A stretch of 64,000 nucleotides of DNA from Bacteroidota bacterium (lineage in GTDB: Bacteria > Bacteroidota > Bacteroidia > Bacteroidales > GCA-2748055): the NCBI GenBank assembly GCA_039714775.1, contig JBDLIQ010000007.1, forward strand, positions 613 through 64,612, in the 5' to 3' direction. Positions 1-9,998 of the stretch are shown piece by piece; position 1 is the first letter of the stretch, and every line of letters starts with the position of its first letter. The notes below the pieces were generated by a model, which was given only the letters and a program-made list of their open reading frames with translations, did no database searches and had not been told where the DNA came from. The translations under genes and the position numbers were made by a program.

Positions 1-257
1 CACTTAAGATCTGCAGGATTTCTTTCGGCTGTCACCCTGATGGCAGAACCATTCACAACCAGGTTTCCATCTTTTACCTCAACGGTTCCGTTAAAACGTC
101 CGTGAGTAGAGTCATATTTCAGCATATATGCAATATAGTCCACATCGATCAGGTCGTTAATACCCACAACTTCCACATTAGGCATGTCAGCTGCCGCCCT
201 AAAAACCAGTCTTCCGATTCGGCCGAATCCATTAATACCAACTTTAATTTTTCCCAT
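1..257 (-). CDS. gap: Type I glyceraldehyde-3-phosphate dehydrogenase (N-terminal part; runs off the window)
   Basis: Manual translation from ATG 257: [22 protein letters not shown]...[12 protein letters not shown], the GAPDH signature; not in ORF track. Confidence 0.97.
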   Translation of the reverse strand, partial: MGKIKVGINGFGRIGRLVFRAAADMPNVEVVGINDLIDVDYIAYMLKYDSTHGRFNGTVEVKDGNLVVNGSAIRVTAERNPADLK

Positions 258-378
258 GTTTTTAATTATTAAATGATTACGATAAAATTTGTTTTTGAAA
301 TAACAGGAGTGCGAATTTACGGAATAATATCAAATTGACCAACACCGTTGCAGGCAATTTTTTTATATCAATGGAGTC

Positions 379-1209
379 CTAAAAAAAGGGGCTGGACAGC
401 GACGGTTGCGCACGCTTTCTCTCCTGCCTGCGTTCTCTCCACGATTTGGCCCTGGCCGCTTCACTGATATCAATGATCTTTCCAAACCTGTACCCGACTA
501 TCAGATTGAAAAACAGGAAGTTATTATCATCTGTGGCCATGATCGGGATCTTTTTTGGATAGAGGGTGAGGCTCACCCCGGCTTCCAGTGCATGAATTAT
601 GGCGTCACGCTGACTGTATTCGAAACTGAGGCCGGTTTTGGCAGTGATTCCGGGTACTACACCAAGCTCATTGAAACCCATAAAGAAGGGACCCCGCCCT
701 CCGATATCATCCAAATTGATGTGGGTTTCGAACTTTACGTATTCCCGGTTGGTAATCACGCCATTGGAGATATCAAGTATTTCGTAGTATATAGGTTTCA
801 GGAATCCGAGGGATACTCCGCCTGCATAGAAAAACCTGACAGAGATCCCGTTCAGGTCATATTTACGGTATAGCTCCTTTTGCCACCCCATGGTTCCTTT
901 CAATTCCCAAAAGAGGTTCTCTTTTCCGTAGACGTATTTGCGGGTTGAATACTCGTAAATCAACGCCGGGATTTTGACCTCCTTGGGGTGCTTTACATAG
1001 GTCAGGTCGGCATCAACGATAAGCTGGTTCCAGGCATTGCGGTAGAATCCATGGCGGTAGTTGAGGCCAAATCCATTGGAGGTGAGGAATGTCCCGAAAG
1101 TACTCTCATCACTGAAAAGGAGATGGGTCTGCTCATCGATCTCCCCCTGCCCAAACAGGGAGAGGGAGAATGAACCGCATATCATGATCAGTATCAGGCG
1201 CTTACTCAT
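379..1209 (-). CDS. Hypothetical exported protein, probable outer-membrane beta-barrel
   Basis: 276 aa; signal peptide ending SLFG-Q; alternating aromatic/Gly strands, FFNLIVGYRFG near the C-terminus. Confidence 0.6.
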   Translation of the reverse strand: MSKRLILIMICGSFSLSLFGQGEIDEQTHLLFSDESTFGTFLTSNGFGLNYRHGFYRNAWNQLIVDADLTYVKHPKEVKIPALIYEYSTRKYVYGKENLFWELKGTMGWQKELYRKYDLNGISVRFFYAGGVSLGFLKPIYYEILDISNGVITNREYVKFETHINLDDIGGRGPFFMGFNELGVVPGITAKTGLSFEYSQRDAIIHALEAGVSLTLYPKKIPIMATDDNNFLFFNLIVGYRFGKIIDISEAARAKSWRERRQERKRAQPSLSSPFF

Positions 1210-1327
1210 TGATGATCAGTGTTACCACATATGCAAAGTAACGAAATCTTCGGCAAAAAAAAAGATCTACCGCGTGGTAAATCTTCACCATGAACAACCA
1301 GGATCCCAACCGGATCCCAACCGGATA

Positions 1328-1453
1328 CTATCCGGTCTGCTCTGTCTGCTCAGTGTCAACCTGGGTGTATGCAGGGCAGGCATGCTTGTTACAGGAGGTC
1401 ATGAGAATTCCTGCTGCAAATACGACGGCTAGAATGATTGCTGCTCTTTTCAT
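1328..1453 (-). CDS. Small lipoprotein (41 aa) with C-x4-CPAY motif
   Basis: Manual translation MKRAAIILAVVFAAGILMTSCNKHACPAYTQVDTEQTEQTG*; type II signal peptide with lipobox MTS-C; below ORF-track cutoff. Confidence 0.7.
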   Translation of the reverse strand: MKRAAIILAVVFAAGILMTSCNKHACPAYTQVDTEQTEQTG

Positions 1454-1574
1454 GGGTTTGATTTTATCATCAAAACTGATCGATTACAAATATAGAATAT
1501 ATCTGATAAGAAAAAAATTTACCTTTTAATCTGAAATTGCGCTGCCTCTCAAATGTTTTACGAATCGCCCCTTT

Positions 1575-2324
1575 CTATTGATGATTCATAAACCCCTGTT
1601 CTTCGAGAACATTAAGTAATGAATTGGAGAACAGGATGTTATCAGATTTTTTGTAGCGTACATCAGTAAATACCTGCGCCAGGGTCTCTCTCTTATTCTC
1701 TTTGACGAATTCTTGATAACTCTTGATTGATTCCTTCTCCCGGTAATGGTTGTCAATCGCCTGATCGGAATAATCAGTATACTTTTCCCTGTGAATAACA
1801 GCCTCCAGCGGCAGCCGGTCGGTGAGCTCTGGCTGTTCATCCGGGTATCCCACCGTTACTGTTGTGATTGGCACAACCCCCCCTGGCAGATCCAGGATCT
1901 CGATGATTTTTCCGGCCATATAGGTTGTGGTACCCAGATAGCAGATCCCGAGCCCGGCATCCTCGGCGGCCACGCACACATTTTGAGCTACCAGCAGCGC
2001 ATCAATGGCAGCTGTAACAAAGGAGAGAAAATTGTCATAACCAGGCTCCGCCTTTCTCAGTCTGCACCACTTGTTAAACCGGTTGAAGTCGGCACAGAAG
2101 GTGAGCACCACAGGAGCCTCTTTGACCATGGGTTGGTTGAAATGGCAGGGGGATAGCTCCTCCCTGATGGTTTCGTCGGTGGTCACGATAATGGAATAGA
2201 GCTGCATGTTGCCGGTAGTGGAGGCGCGGGTGCCTGCCTCCAGGATGTAGTTCAGGATCTCATCAGGAATGGGGTCGGTACTATATTTCCGTATGGTGCG
2301 GTGGTTCAGAATGGTATCAAACAT
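1575..2324 (-). CDS. NfsA/NfrA-like nitroreductase family flavoprotein
   Basis: HRTIRKY, ASTTGNMQLYSII, GLGICYLG, GYP...RLP motifs. Confidence 0.9.
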   Translation of the reverse strand: MFDTILNHRTIRKYSTDPIPDEILNYILEAGTRASTTGNMQLYSIIVTTDETIREELSPCHFNQPMVKEAPVVLTFCADFNRFNKWCRLRKAEPGYDNFLSFVTAAIDALLVAQNVCVAAEDAGLGICYLGTTTYMAGKIIEILDLPGGVVPITTVTVGYPDEQPELTDRLPLEAVIHREKYTDYSDQAIDNHYREKESIKSYQEFVKENKRETLAQVFTDVRYKKSDNILFSNSLLNVLEEQGFMNHQ

Positions 2325-2428
2325 AACCTGGATTTTTTGTAAAAGTAGTCATTAAACATCAACTTTGGAACCGGGATTCTTGTCACAAATTACTATTTTC
2401 ACACTTTCAGAAATCAACTTTAACAATC

Positions 2429-5400
2429 ATGACATACACTGCAACCACAAGGACCATACTGGTTCTGTTGACGATATCGGGCCTGGTGTTTTCGACGCCC
2501 CGCTCTATCGATGCAAAGGAGAAGAAGAAAAATGAGACGAAGGAACAGACCGATGGGATCTCCTCGGAAACACTGAATGGCCTGAAGTGGAGAAGTATCG
2601 GGCCGGCCATGACTTCGGGACGGATCGCCGATTTTGCCGTGAATCCGGAAAACCACAGTGAGTGGTATGTGGCCGTTGCTTCGGGTAATGTGTGGAAGAC
2701 CACCAATAACGGAACCACTTTCAAACCGGTATTTGACAACTACGGCTCCTATTCCACCGGTGTAATCACCATCGATCCCGGCAATCCGAACCTGATCTGG
2801 CTCGGTACAGGTGAGAACAACCACCAGCGGGCGCTGGGATATGGTGACGGGGTCTACAAATCGGAAGACGGGGGAGCCTCATGGAAGAACATGGGACTGA
2901 AAGCCTCCCGGCACATTGGTGGGATCGTTGTGGATCCGCGCAATTCGAATACCCTGTTTGTGGCTGCTGAAGGATCGGCCTGGGGACCCGGCGGGGATCG
3001 TGGACTGTACAAGACTACAGATGGCGGGAGGAGCTGGAAAAAGGTGCTGGAGATCAGCGAACATACCGGGGTAAACAATGTGGTGATGGATCCCGTGGAC
3101 CCGGATGTGATGTATGCCACCAGCGAGCAGCGCAGAAGGCATGTCTTTACAAAGATTGGCGGAGGTCCCGAATCGGCCGTCTACAGGTCTGCCGACGGAG
3201 GAGAGAGCTGGGAGAAGTCGATGACAGGATTGCCAAAGGTGGATATCGGGGGCATGGGGATTGCCGTCTCCCCGGTTGACAGGAATGTGGTCTACCTGAT
3301 TATGGAGGCAGCTGAGGGGAAGGGTGGTTTCTACCGGTCAGTGAACCGGGGAGCTTCCTGGAAGAGGATGGGTAGCTACAGTGCCAGTGGCCAGTATTAT
3401 AACGAGATCTATTGCGATCCGGTGGATGTGAACAGGGTCTACTCCATGGAGACCTTTTCAAAGGTGACCCGTGATGGCGGCAAGACATGGCACTCCATCG
3501 GGAATGACAACCGCCATGTGGATGATCATGCTTTCTGGGTCGATCCGGATGATACAGATCATCAACTGATCGGTGGTGACGGGGGTGTTTATGAGACTTT
3601 CGACGGAGGAATGAACTGGCAGTTCAAAGCAAATCTGCCGGTTACCCAGTTCTACAGGGTCAATGTGGACAGTGAAAAACCATTTTACAATGTATATGGA
3701 GGTACCCAGGACAACAGAACCCTGACTGGCCCTTCGATGAACAGAAGCTCGGCCGGGGTGAGCAGTGACGAGTGGACCTTCATCAAAGGCGGCGATGGTT
3801 TCTGGGTGGCCATTGATCCTGAAGATCCCAATATAGTCTATTGCGAATCCCAGTACGGGAATGTACACAGGCATGACCGAAGGAGCGGAGAGGGTATCGT
3901 TATAAAACCGCGCCCCCGCAAAGGAGAGGATACCTACAAATGGAACTGGAATGCCCCACTGGTGATCAGTCACCACTCCAACAGACGCATCTACATGATG
4001 GCCAACAAGGTGTTCAGATCCAACGACCGGGGAGACTCCTGGGAGGTGATCAGCGGGGATGTGACCTCCGGAACCGACCGCAACAGCTGGCCGGTGATGG
4101 ATCATTACTGGAGCAGGGATGCGGTGGTGAAGGATGTCTCCACAAGCCTGTGGGGAACCGGGGTCTCCTTTTCCGAATCGCGTCTGGATGAAAACCTGCT
4201 CTATGCAGGTACCGATGACGGGGTGATCTCGATTACCGAAGACGGGGGAGAAAACTGGAGAAAGGTGAGCAGCTTTCCAGGGGTTCCTGAATACACCTAT
4301 GTAAGTGACCTGCTGACCGACCGGCAGGATGTCAATGTGGTCTATGCCACTTTTGATAACCGCAAAAGGGATGACTTCAAACCCTATGTGATGAAGAGTG
4401 CGGACCGTGGCAACAGCTGGGTCTCTATCGCTTCCAACCTGCCGGATAGTGGAACGGTGCATACCATTGAACAGGACCCTGAGGTGCCCGGATTGCTCTT
4501 TGTGGGTACCGAATTTGGATTCTGGTTCACTATTGATGGCGGGGGTGCATGGACCAGGCTAACTTCGGGCCTGCCCACCATCAGTGTACGCGATATGGTG
4601 ATCCAGGAGCGGGAAAATGACCTGGTGGTGGCCACATTCGGGCGCGGCTTCTATATTATGGATGATTATAACGCGTTGAGGGAGGTGGCAAAAGATGAGG
4701 CGATCATGGATCAGAAGGCCCATCTGTTCCAGGTAAAGGATGCATGGATGTATATACCCACCGGCGGAAAACCGGGACAGGGATCGTCGTTTTACACGTC
4801 GGAGAATCCCGATTTTGGTGCCACGTTCACCTATTTTGTAAAGGAGGTTCCCAACACGCTTAAGGAGGAGCGAAGGGAGAGGGAGAAGGCGCTTTTCAAG
4901 GAGAAGCAACCCATTGCGCAACCTACCCGTGAGCAGCTAAAGGCAGAGGAGTCGGAAGAGCCGCCACAGCTTGTTTTTACCATCTATGATGGTGCAGGAG
5001 ATGCCATCCGAAAGCTAACAAAGAAGGCGTCAAAAGGGGTGAGCCGCATCAACTGGGACCTGCGTTATCCATCCCCGAGGCCTGTCTCGGTCAGCGCCTC
5101 GGATAAGAGCAACGGAGGTTCTGACAGGAGCGGACTCCTGGCCATGCCAGGAAGTTACAGTGTGGGATTGCACATGGTTGCAGGCGGAGAGGTGACCACA
5201 CTATCAGATCCTGTTGCTTTTAAGGCAAACCTGCTGCAGCATGCCACCCTCCCTGCAGGGGATTACCATGCACTGGTCGCTTACCAGAGGGAGGTCTCGG
5301 AACTCACAAGGGTCATGACAGGTGCGCAAAGACTCATTGGGGAACAACTGGACAGACTGGCCTCTATGAAGGTGGCCCTTTTACAGACTCCTGAGGCTGG

Positions 5401-5734
5401 TGTTGAATTGAGTCAGCGTGTTGGGGAGATGGAGGAGGAGCTGAAGGAGATTGACTATCTCTTCGACGGACCTTCGGCAAGTGCCAGCCGGGAGGAGCTG
5501 CCCCCCATGACAATGCCTCTGAACCAGCGCCTCAGTGTGATGATCTACACCCATTGGTCCTCTACATCGGAGCTGACCAGGACGGAGACCGATCAGCTGG
5601 AGATCCTGAAAGAGGAGTTTCCACCCATCCTGGAGAAGCTTAAGATGGTAGTGGGTGAGATCGATGAACTGGACCGGCAGCTGGAGGTACTCAATGCACC
5701 CTGGACCCCGGGAAGGGTTCCGGAGTTGGACTGA
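2429..5734 (+). CDS. Secreted BNR/Asp-box (VPS10/sortilin-like) beta-propeller protein, putative glycosyl hydrolase
   Basis: 1101 aa; signal peptide; many SxDGGxxW repeats; WRSIGPAMTSGRI start; helical C-terminal tail. Confidence 0.85.
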   Translation: MTYTATTRTILVLLTISGLVFSTPRSIDAKEKKKNETKEQTDGISSETLNGLKWRSIGPAMTSGRIADFAVNPENHSEWYVAVASGNVWKTTNNGTTFKPVFDNYGSYSTGVITIDPGNPNLIWLGTGENNHQRALGYGDGVYKSEDGGASWKNMGLKASRHIGGIVVDPRNSNTLFVAAEGSAWGPGGDRGLYKTTDGGRSWKKVLEISEHTGVNNVVMDPVDPDVMYATSEQRRRHVFTKIGGGPESAVYRSADGGESWEKSMTGLPKVDIGGMGIAVSPVDRNVVYLIMEAAEGKGGFYRSVNRGASWKRMGSYSASGQYYNEIYCDPVDVNRVYSMETFSKVTRDGGKTWHSIGNDNRHVDDHAFWVDPDDTDHQLIGGDGGVYETFDGGMNWQFKANLPVTQFYRVNVDSEKPFYNVYGGTQDNRTLTGPSMNRSSAGVSSDEWTFIKGGDGFWVAIDPEDPNIVYCESQYGNVHRHDRRSGEGIVIKPRPRKGEDTYKWNWNAPLVISHHSNRRIYMMANKVFRSNDRGDSWEVISGDVTSGTDRNSWPVMDHYWSRDAVVKDVSTSLWGTGVSFSESRLDENLLYAGTDDGVISITEDGGENWRKVSSFPGVPEYTYVSDLLTDRQDVNVVYATFDNRKRDDFKPYVMKSADRGNSWVSIASNLPDSGTVHTIEQDPEVPGLLFVGTEFGFWFTIDGGGAWTRLTSGLPTISVRDMVIQERENDLVVATFGRGFYIMDDYNALREVAKDEAIMDQKAHLFQVKDAWMYIPTGGKPGQGSSFYTSENPDFGATFTYFVKEVPNTLKEERREREKALFKEKQPIAQPTREQLKAEESEEPPQLVFTIYDGAGDAIRKLTKKASKGVSRINWDLRYPSPRPVSVSASDKSNGGSDRSGLLAMPGSYSVGLHMVAGGEVTTLSDPVAFKANLLQHATLPAGDYHALVAYQREVSELTRVMTGAQRLIGEQLDRLASMKVALLQTPEAGVELSQRVGEMEEELKEIDYLFDGPSASASREELPPMTMPLNQRLSVMIYTHWSSTSELTRTETDQLEILKEEFPPILEKLKMVVGEIDELDRQLEVLNAPWTPGRVPELD

Positions 5735-5746
5735 AATCACAAAAAT

Positions 5747-5772
5747 GAGGGTTCCAGTGATCAGGAACCCTC
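5747..5772. terminator. Hairpin between convergent genes, probable bidirectional terminator
   Basis: GAGGGTTCC-N8-GGAACCCTC, A-run on the left. Confidence 0.6.
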
Positions 5773-5798
5773 TTCAAATTGCGCATCCGCAAGATGGG

Positions 5799-6857
5799 TT
5801 ATCTCATATCAAAACCGATACCCAGGAGGTCGGCGATCTCCTTCATCTCCTTCTGGATGGGTTCGATCACTTTGATCCCCTCTTTGGAGATGCGTTCATA
5901 GGTCTCCCGTTCTATGTCGCCGGGGATCAGCACCCTGTCATGGCCTTTGGCAGGCTTGGCACCCTTGTAGGTCTCGATCCAGAGGTCCATCTGTTCCAGG
6001 AAGGCATCCTTCTCCTGGAACGCATCCACACGCATGGCCCCGAAGAAGTGGCCGGTTCCCTCTCCAACCTTTTCGTCAAGTACCGGAAGGTAGGCCAGGG
6101 AGGGAGGACAGAACGGGCCAAAGTTGGCTCCTGACAGAACAGAGGAGAAGATGTCCACGATGGAACTCAGGGCATATCCTTTATGACCGCCAATCGGCAG
6201 GATGGATCCTCCCTCCTTCAGGATATCCGGATTGTCCGAAGGGACACCATCTTTGTCCTGGACAAATCCCAGCGGTACTTTTTCTCCCTTCTTGGCCATG
6301 ATGGCCAGTTTTCCCCTGGCAATGGAGGTGGTGGCAAAGTCGGCGGAGAAGGCTGGATGTTTTTTTGCCGGTACAGCCACGGCAATGGGATTGGTTCCCA
6401 GCATGGGGGTAACAGACCATGTGGGGGCCACCATCGGGTTGGCAATGGTCATGGATATTCCAATCATATCGTGTTCCAGGGCCATCCGGGTATAGTAGCT
6501 GGCCAGGCCGTAATGGTTGGAGCCCCTGGTTGAGACCCAACCGGTTCCTGCAGCTTTTGCCTTTTCAATGGCAATCTCCATAGACCTGGTTGCAGCAATC
6601 ATCCCGATGGCTCCATCTCCGTCTACCACTGCGGTGCTTGGTGATTCATGAACAATCCTGATGTTGGGTTTTACATTGATCCTTTTGGCTTGCCAGAGTT
6701 GAAAATAGTCTTTGATCCTGGTCAGTCCATGGGAGGGGAGTCCATACAATTCTGCCGCAATAAATACTTTGGTTGCAGCTGCAGCATCTTCAGGGCTGCA
6801 TCCCATTTTTTCAAATACTTTCCTGCTGAAGTCTTCCAGATAGTCTGCTGAGTACAT
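5799..6857 (-). CDS. Ldh_2 (AllD/ComC-type) malate/L-lactate dehydrogenase family oxidoreductase
   Basis: SHGL, SNHYG, GTNPIAVAVP, DFATT, GGHKGYAL, VLIPG motifs. Confidence 0.9.
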   Translation of the reverse strand: MYSADYLEDFSRKVFEKMGCSPEDAAAATKVFIAAELYGLPSHGLTRIKDYFQLWQAKRINVKPNIRIVHESPSTAVVDGDGAIGMIAATRSMEIAIEKAKAAGTGWVSTRGSNHYGLASYYTRMALEHDMIGISMTIANPMVAPTWSVTPMLGTNPIAVAVPAKKHPAFSADFATTSIARGKLAIMAKKGEKVPLGFVQDKDGVPSDNPDILKEGGSILPIGGHKGYALSSIVDIFSSVLSGANFGPFCPPSLAYLPVLDEKVGEGTGHFFGAMRVDAFQEKDAFLEQMDLWIETYKGAKPAKGHDRVLIPGDIERETYERISKEGIKVIEPIQKEMKEIADLLGIGFDMR

Positions 6858-6867
6858 TTGATTTAGT

Positions 6868-7629
6868 TTATTCGGTTTTTACAATTTTTCTTGTTCTGGC
6901 CTGTGCGGTGGCCATGATCAGCATCTCATCGATGTTCACATGGGGTGGCCGGGTCACCACGAACAGGATCGCCTGGGCCACATCTTCCGCGTTGAGCGGC
7001 CTGAATCCTTCATAGACCTGGTCGGCTTTTTCCTGGTCCCCCTTGAAACGGACCATGCTGAATTCGGTTTCGGCGGCCCCGGGGTTGATGACAGTTACCC
7101 TGATCCCGTGCTCTGCCAGATCGATGCGCATGGCCTGGGTGAGGCCGTCCACTGCAAATTTGGTGGCATTGTAGACATTGCCCTTTTCATAGGCCTCTTT
7201 TCCCGCAATGGATCCGATATTGACCACATGCCCTCCTCTTCGGGCCACCATGCCGGGAGTGATCTCTCTGGTGATGTAGAGCAACCCCTTCAGGTTGGTG
7301 TCGATCATCTGCTCCCAATCTTCGGCCACCCCCTCATGGATGTGGTCCAGTCCCGCTGCCAGACCGGCATTGTTGACCAGCAGATCCACATTTTCCCATC
7401 TCCCGGAGATCTGCTGACAGGCAGCTGTCACCTCCTGCGGATCCCTGATGTCGAAGGAGAGTGAAAGCACCTCAGCCGCTGTTTTTGACCGGATCTCCGT
7501 CTCGAGTGATTCAAGTCTCTCCTGCCGGCGACCTGTGGCAATAATGTCATACCCGTTTTCTGCCAGGAGGAGGGCTGTGGCCCTGCCAAATCCTGAAGAT
7601 GCACCTGTGATAAGCGCAATGCTGCTCAT
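6868..7629 (-). CDS. SDR family oxidoreductase, YdfG-like
   Basis: TGASSGFG, NNAGLAAG, YNATK, PGAAETEFS; probable start MSSIALITG at 7629. Confidence 0.88.
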   Translation of the reverse strand: MSSIALITGASSGFGRATALLLAENGYDIIATGRRQERLESLETEIRSKTAAEVLSLSFDIRDPQEVTAACQQISGRWENVDLLVNNAGLAAGLDHIHEGVAEDWEQMIDTNLKGLLYITREITPGMVARRGGHVVNIGSIAGKEAYEKGNVYNATKFAVDGLTQAMRIDLAEHGIRVTVINPGAAETEFSMVRFKGDQEKADQVYEGFRPLNAEDVAQAILFVVTRPPHVNIDEMLIMATAQARTRKIVKTE

Positions 7630-7724
7630 TGAACAAACGTACATAAAGTTTATTATAAAAACCATACAGAGGCTTTATTAAAAACTTATAGGAGTTCATT
7701 ATCTTTAGCTCAAATAATATATGT

Positions 7725-9941
7725 ATGGATCCGGATGAATCACAACTCAGGGAGCGTGCCCTCTCATATTTGACAGAGGATGAGGCATACTCCATTGAAT
7801 CGATGCTGGGGCGGGAACCCAACCCCTTTGAATGGAACATGTTTGCTGCCATGTGGTCGGAACACATCTCCTACAAAAGCTCCATCAAATGGCTGGAGGA
7901 GCTTCCGGTTAACGGGAATGATGTGTTTGTACCTGCGGGTGAAGAGAATGCCGGCGCGGTCCGGATCAATGACGAGCTGGCCTGTGTGGTGAAGATGGAA
8001 TCCCATAACCATCCCATTGCTGTGGATCCCCGCCAGGGTGCAGTGGGTGTGGGGAATGTGAACCGTGACCTGATTACCATGGGAGCCGACCCGGTGGGAC
8101 AGCTCAACATCCTGAGGTTCGGGGAGCCGAAAGAGAAACCGGTCCGCGAAATGGTCAATGCGGTGGTGACGGCACTGGGAAGTTACTCCAATAATTTTGG
8201 AGTGCCGGTAGTGGGGGGTGAGATACTTTTTGACAGCAGCTACAACTTCAACCCACTGATCAACCTGATGGGCGTGGGGATTGTGCCCCGAAATAAGATA
8301 ATAAAAGCCGCATTCACAGATCCATCCCAGGAGGTGGTTTTGTTGGGGAAGATGACCTCCGGGCGGGGGGTTCACGGGGCTGAATTTGCCTCCGGAGCCC
8401 TGAAAAACAGGGGTCAGATAGTTCCCTCCTCACAGGTAGCTGACCCTGCCAGTGGAAAGGTATTGATGGATTGTATTCATGAGTTAAACGGGAAGGGACT
8501 GATCGAAGGTATGCAGGATATCGGTGCCGGGGGCGTTCTGTGCGCTGCCGCCGAAATGGCCCACAGGGGCAGGAAAGGGGTGGAGTTGCACCTGGAACAG
8601 ATCCCGCTGCTCAAGGAGGATATTGAGTCGTTGGATGCATTGCTTTCCCAGACTCAGGAGCAGATGCTTCTGGCTGTAAACCAGGCGGATCTGGATGCCC
8701 TTGTTGAAGTGGCTGCCAGGTGGGAACTCCAGTGCACTGCTGTTGGAGCGGTTCTGGAGGAGGAGCGGATCAAGATTGTATCTAAGGAGGGTCCCCGGGG
8801 CGATCTGCCCGTAAACCTGCTTGTGAGGGGGGGAGGGGCCCCTGTATACATCAGGAATATAAAACCCAGGAAGAGCGATCCAAGAAGTGTTTCAGCCGAA
8901 GAGGTTCCCATGCCCGGAAACCTGAAAGATATTGCCCGGAAAATGGTATCACTTCCGAATATTGCCTCCCGCAGGTGGATCTACGAACAGTTTGATACCA
9001 TGGCGGGGCTCTCCAACCTGAGCAGTGGATATGCTTCCGATGCGGGGATTGTCAAGGTCAGGGAATATGATCTTGCCCTGGCCATGAGTGTGGACGGGAA
9101 CTCCAGGTATGGAAGGCTGGAGCCACGCAAAGGGGCCATGATTTCGGTGGCGGAAGCCTCCAGGAACATCATCTGTTCGGGAGGAAGGCCCCTGGCCCTG
9201 GCCGATTGCCTCAATTACGGCGATCCGTCCGACCCGCATGTCTACAGCGATTTCACCGAGAGTGTGAAGGGCATCAGTGAGGCGTGCAGGAAGATGGAGG
9301 TGCCGGTGATTGCCGGCAATGTAAGTTTCCATAACCTCACCCAAAGCGGGGAGGAGATTACAAGTGTAATCCCCACACCGGTCGTGGGTATGGTCGGAAT
9401 CCTGGAGAGCCACGAAGATGTGATGACGGTGAATTTCCGCAACAAGGGTGATGTGATCTTTTTGATTGGCCGGTCGGACAATGACATCTCCGCTTCAGAA
9501 TACCTCTCCATTGTCCACATGATCAATGAATCAGCTGCGCCAAAATTCGACCTGGATTATGAGATGAAAATGCAAGAGGTGGTCAGGGAGGTGATCGCCA
9601 GGGGACTTATAAGTTCGGCCCACGATGTCTCCCTGGGGGGACTGTTTGTGACCCTTGTTGAGAGTGCACTTCCCGGGGGATTGGGATTTGATGTGACCTC
9701 TCCTGCCGAGATCCGGGGAGATGCCTTTCTTTTCGGTGAATCACAGAGCCGTGTTGTGGTGAGTGTCTCATCGGAGCAGGAGACCTCCTTTTTGGATTAC
9801 ATGATGGAGACCGGACTCCATTTTTCCGCCCTGGGCCATGTGACCAGGGGTGAGCTCAGGATTGATGATGTATCCTTCGGATTTATAGCGGATTATGCAA
9901 GAGATTTTGAGAATTCGATGGAACGGCTTCTGGCAGATTGA
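7725..9941 (+). CDS. purL: Phosphoribosylformylglycinamidine synthase PurL (small type), divergent
   Basis: MWSEH, ESHNHP, GMQD, SAHDVSLGG, LFGESQSR; several consensus positions altered. Confidence 0.8.
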   Translation: MDPDESQLRERALSYLTEDEAYSIESMLGREPNPFEWNMFAAMWSEHISYKSSIKWLEELPVNGNDVFVPAGEENAGAVRINDELACVVKMESHNHPIAVDPRQGAVGVGNVNRDLITMGADPVGQLNILRFGEPKEKPVREMVNAVVTALGSYSNNFGVPVVGGEILFDSSYNFNPLINLMGVGIVPRNKIIKAAFTDPSQEVVLLGKMTSGRGVHGAEFASGALKNRGQIVPSSQVADPASGKVLMDCIHELNGKGLIEGMQDIGAGGVLCAAAEMAHRGRKGVELHLEQIPLLKEDIESLDALLSQTQEQMLLAVNQADLDALVEVAARWELQCTAVGAVLEEERIKIVSKEGPRGDLPVNLLVRGGGAPVYIRNIKPRKSDPRSVSAEEVPMPGNLKDIARKMVSLPNIASRRWIYEQFDTMAGLSNLSSGYASDAGIVKVREYDLALAMSVDGNSRYGRLEPRKGAMISVAEASRNIICSGGRPLALADCLNYGDPSDPHVYSDFTESVKGISEACRKMEVPVIAGNVSFHNLTQSGEEITSVIPTPVVGMVGILESHEDVMTVNFRNKGDVIFLIGRSDNDISASEYLSIVHMINESAAPKFDLDYEMKMQEVVREVIARGLISSAHDVSLGGLFVTLVESALPGGLGFDVTSPAEIRGDAFLFGESQSRVVVSVSSEQETSFLDYMMETGLHFSALGHVTRGELRIDDVSFGFIADYARDFENSMERLLAD

Positions 9942-9972
9942 GCCGGCCGTTTCAATCCATTATACTAATTCC

Positions 9973-9980
9973 TATATTTG
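9973..9980 (+). promoter_or_regulatory. Bacteroidota sigma-A -7 element of porT
   Basis: TATATTTG (TAnnTTTG) 18 nt before ATG 9999. Confidence 0.6.
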
Positions 9981-9998
9981 CACCGTTTAATAGCTGAC

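Noticed and set aside
1298-1335. Short tandem GGATCCCAACC repeats as a CRISPR or other array
   Set aside because: Only about 2.5 units with no spacers and no cas genes. No CRISPR array was seen anywhere in the window.
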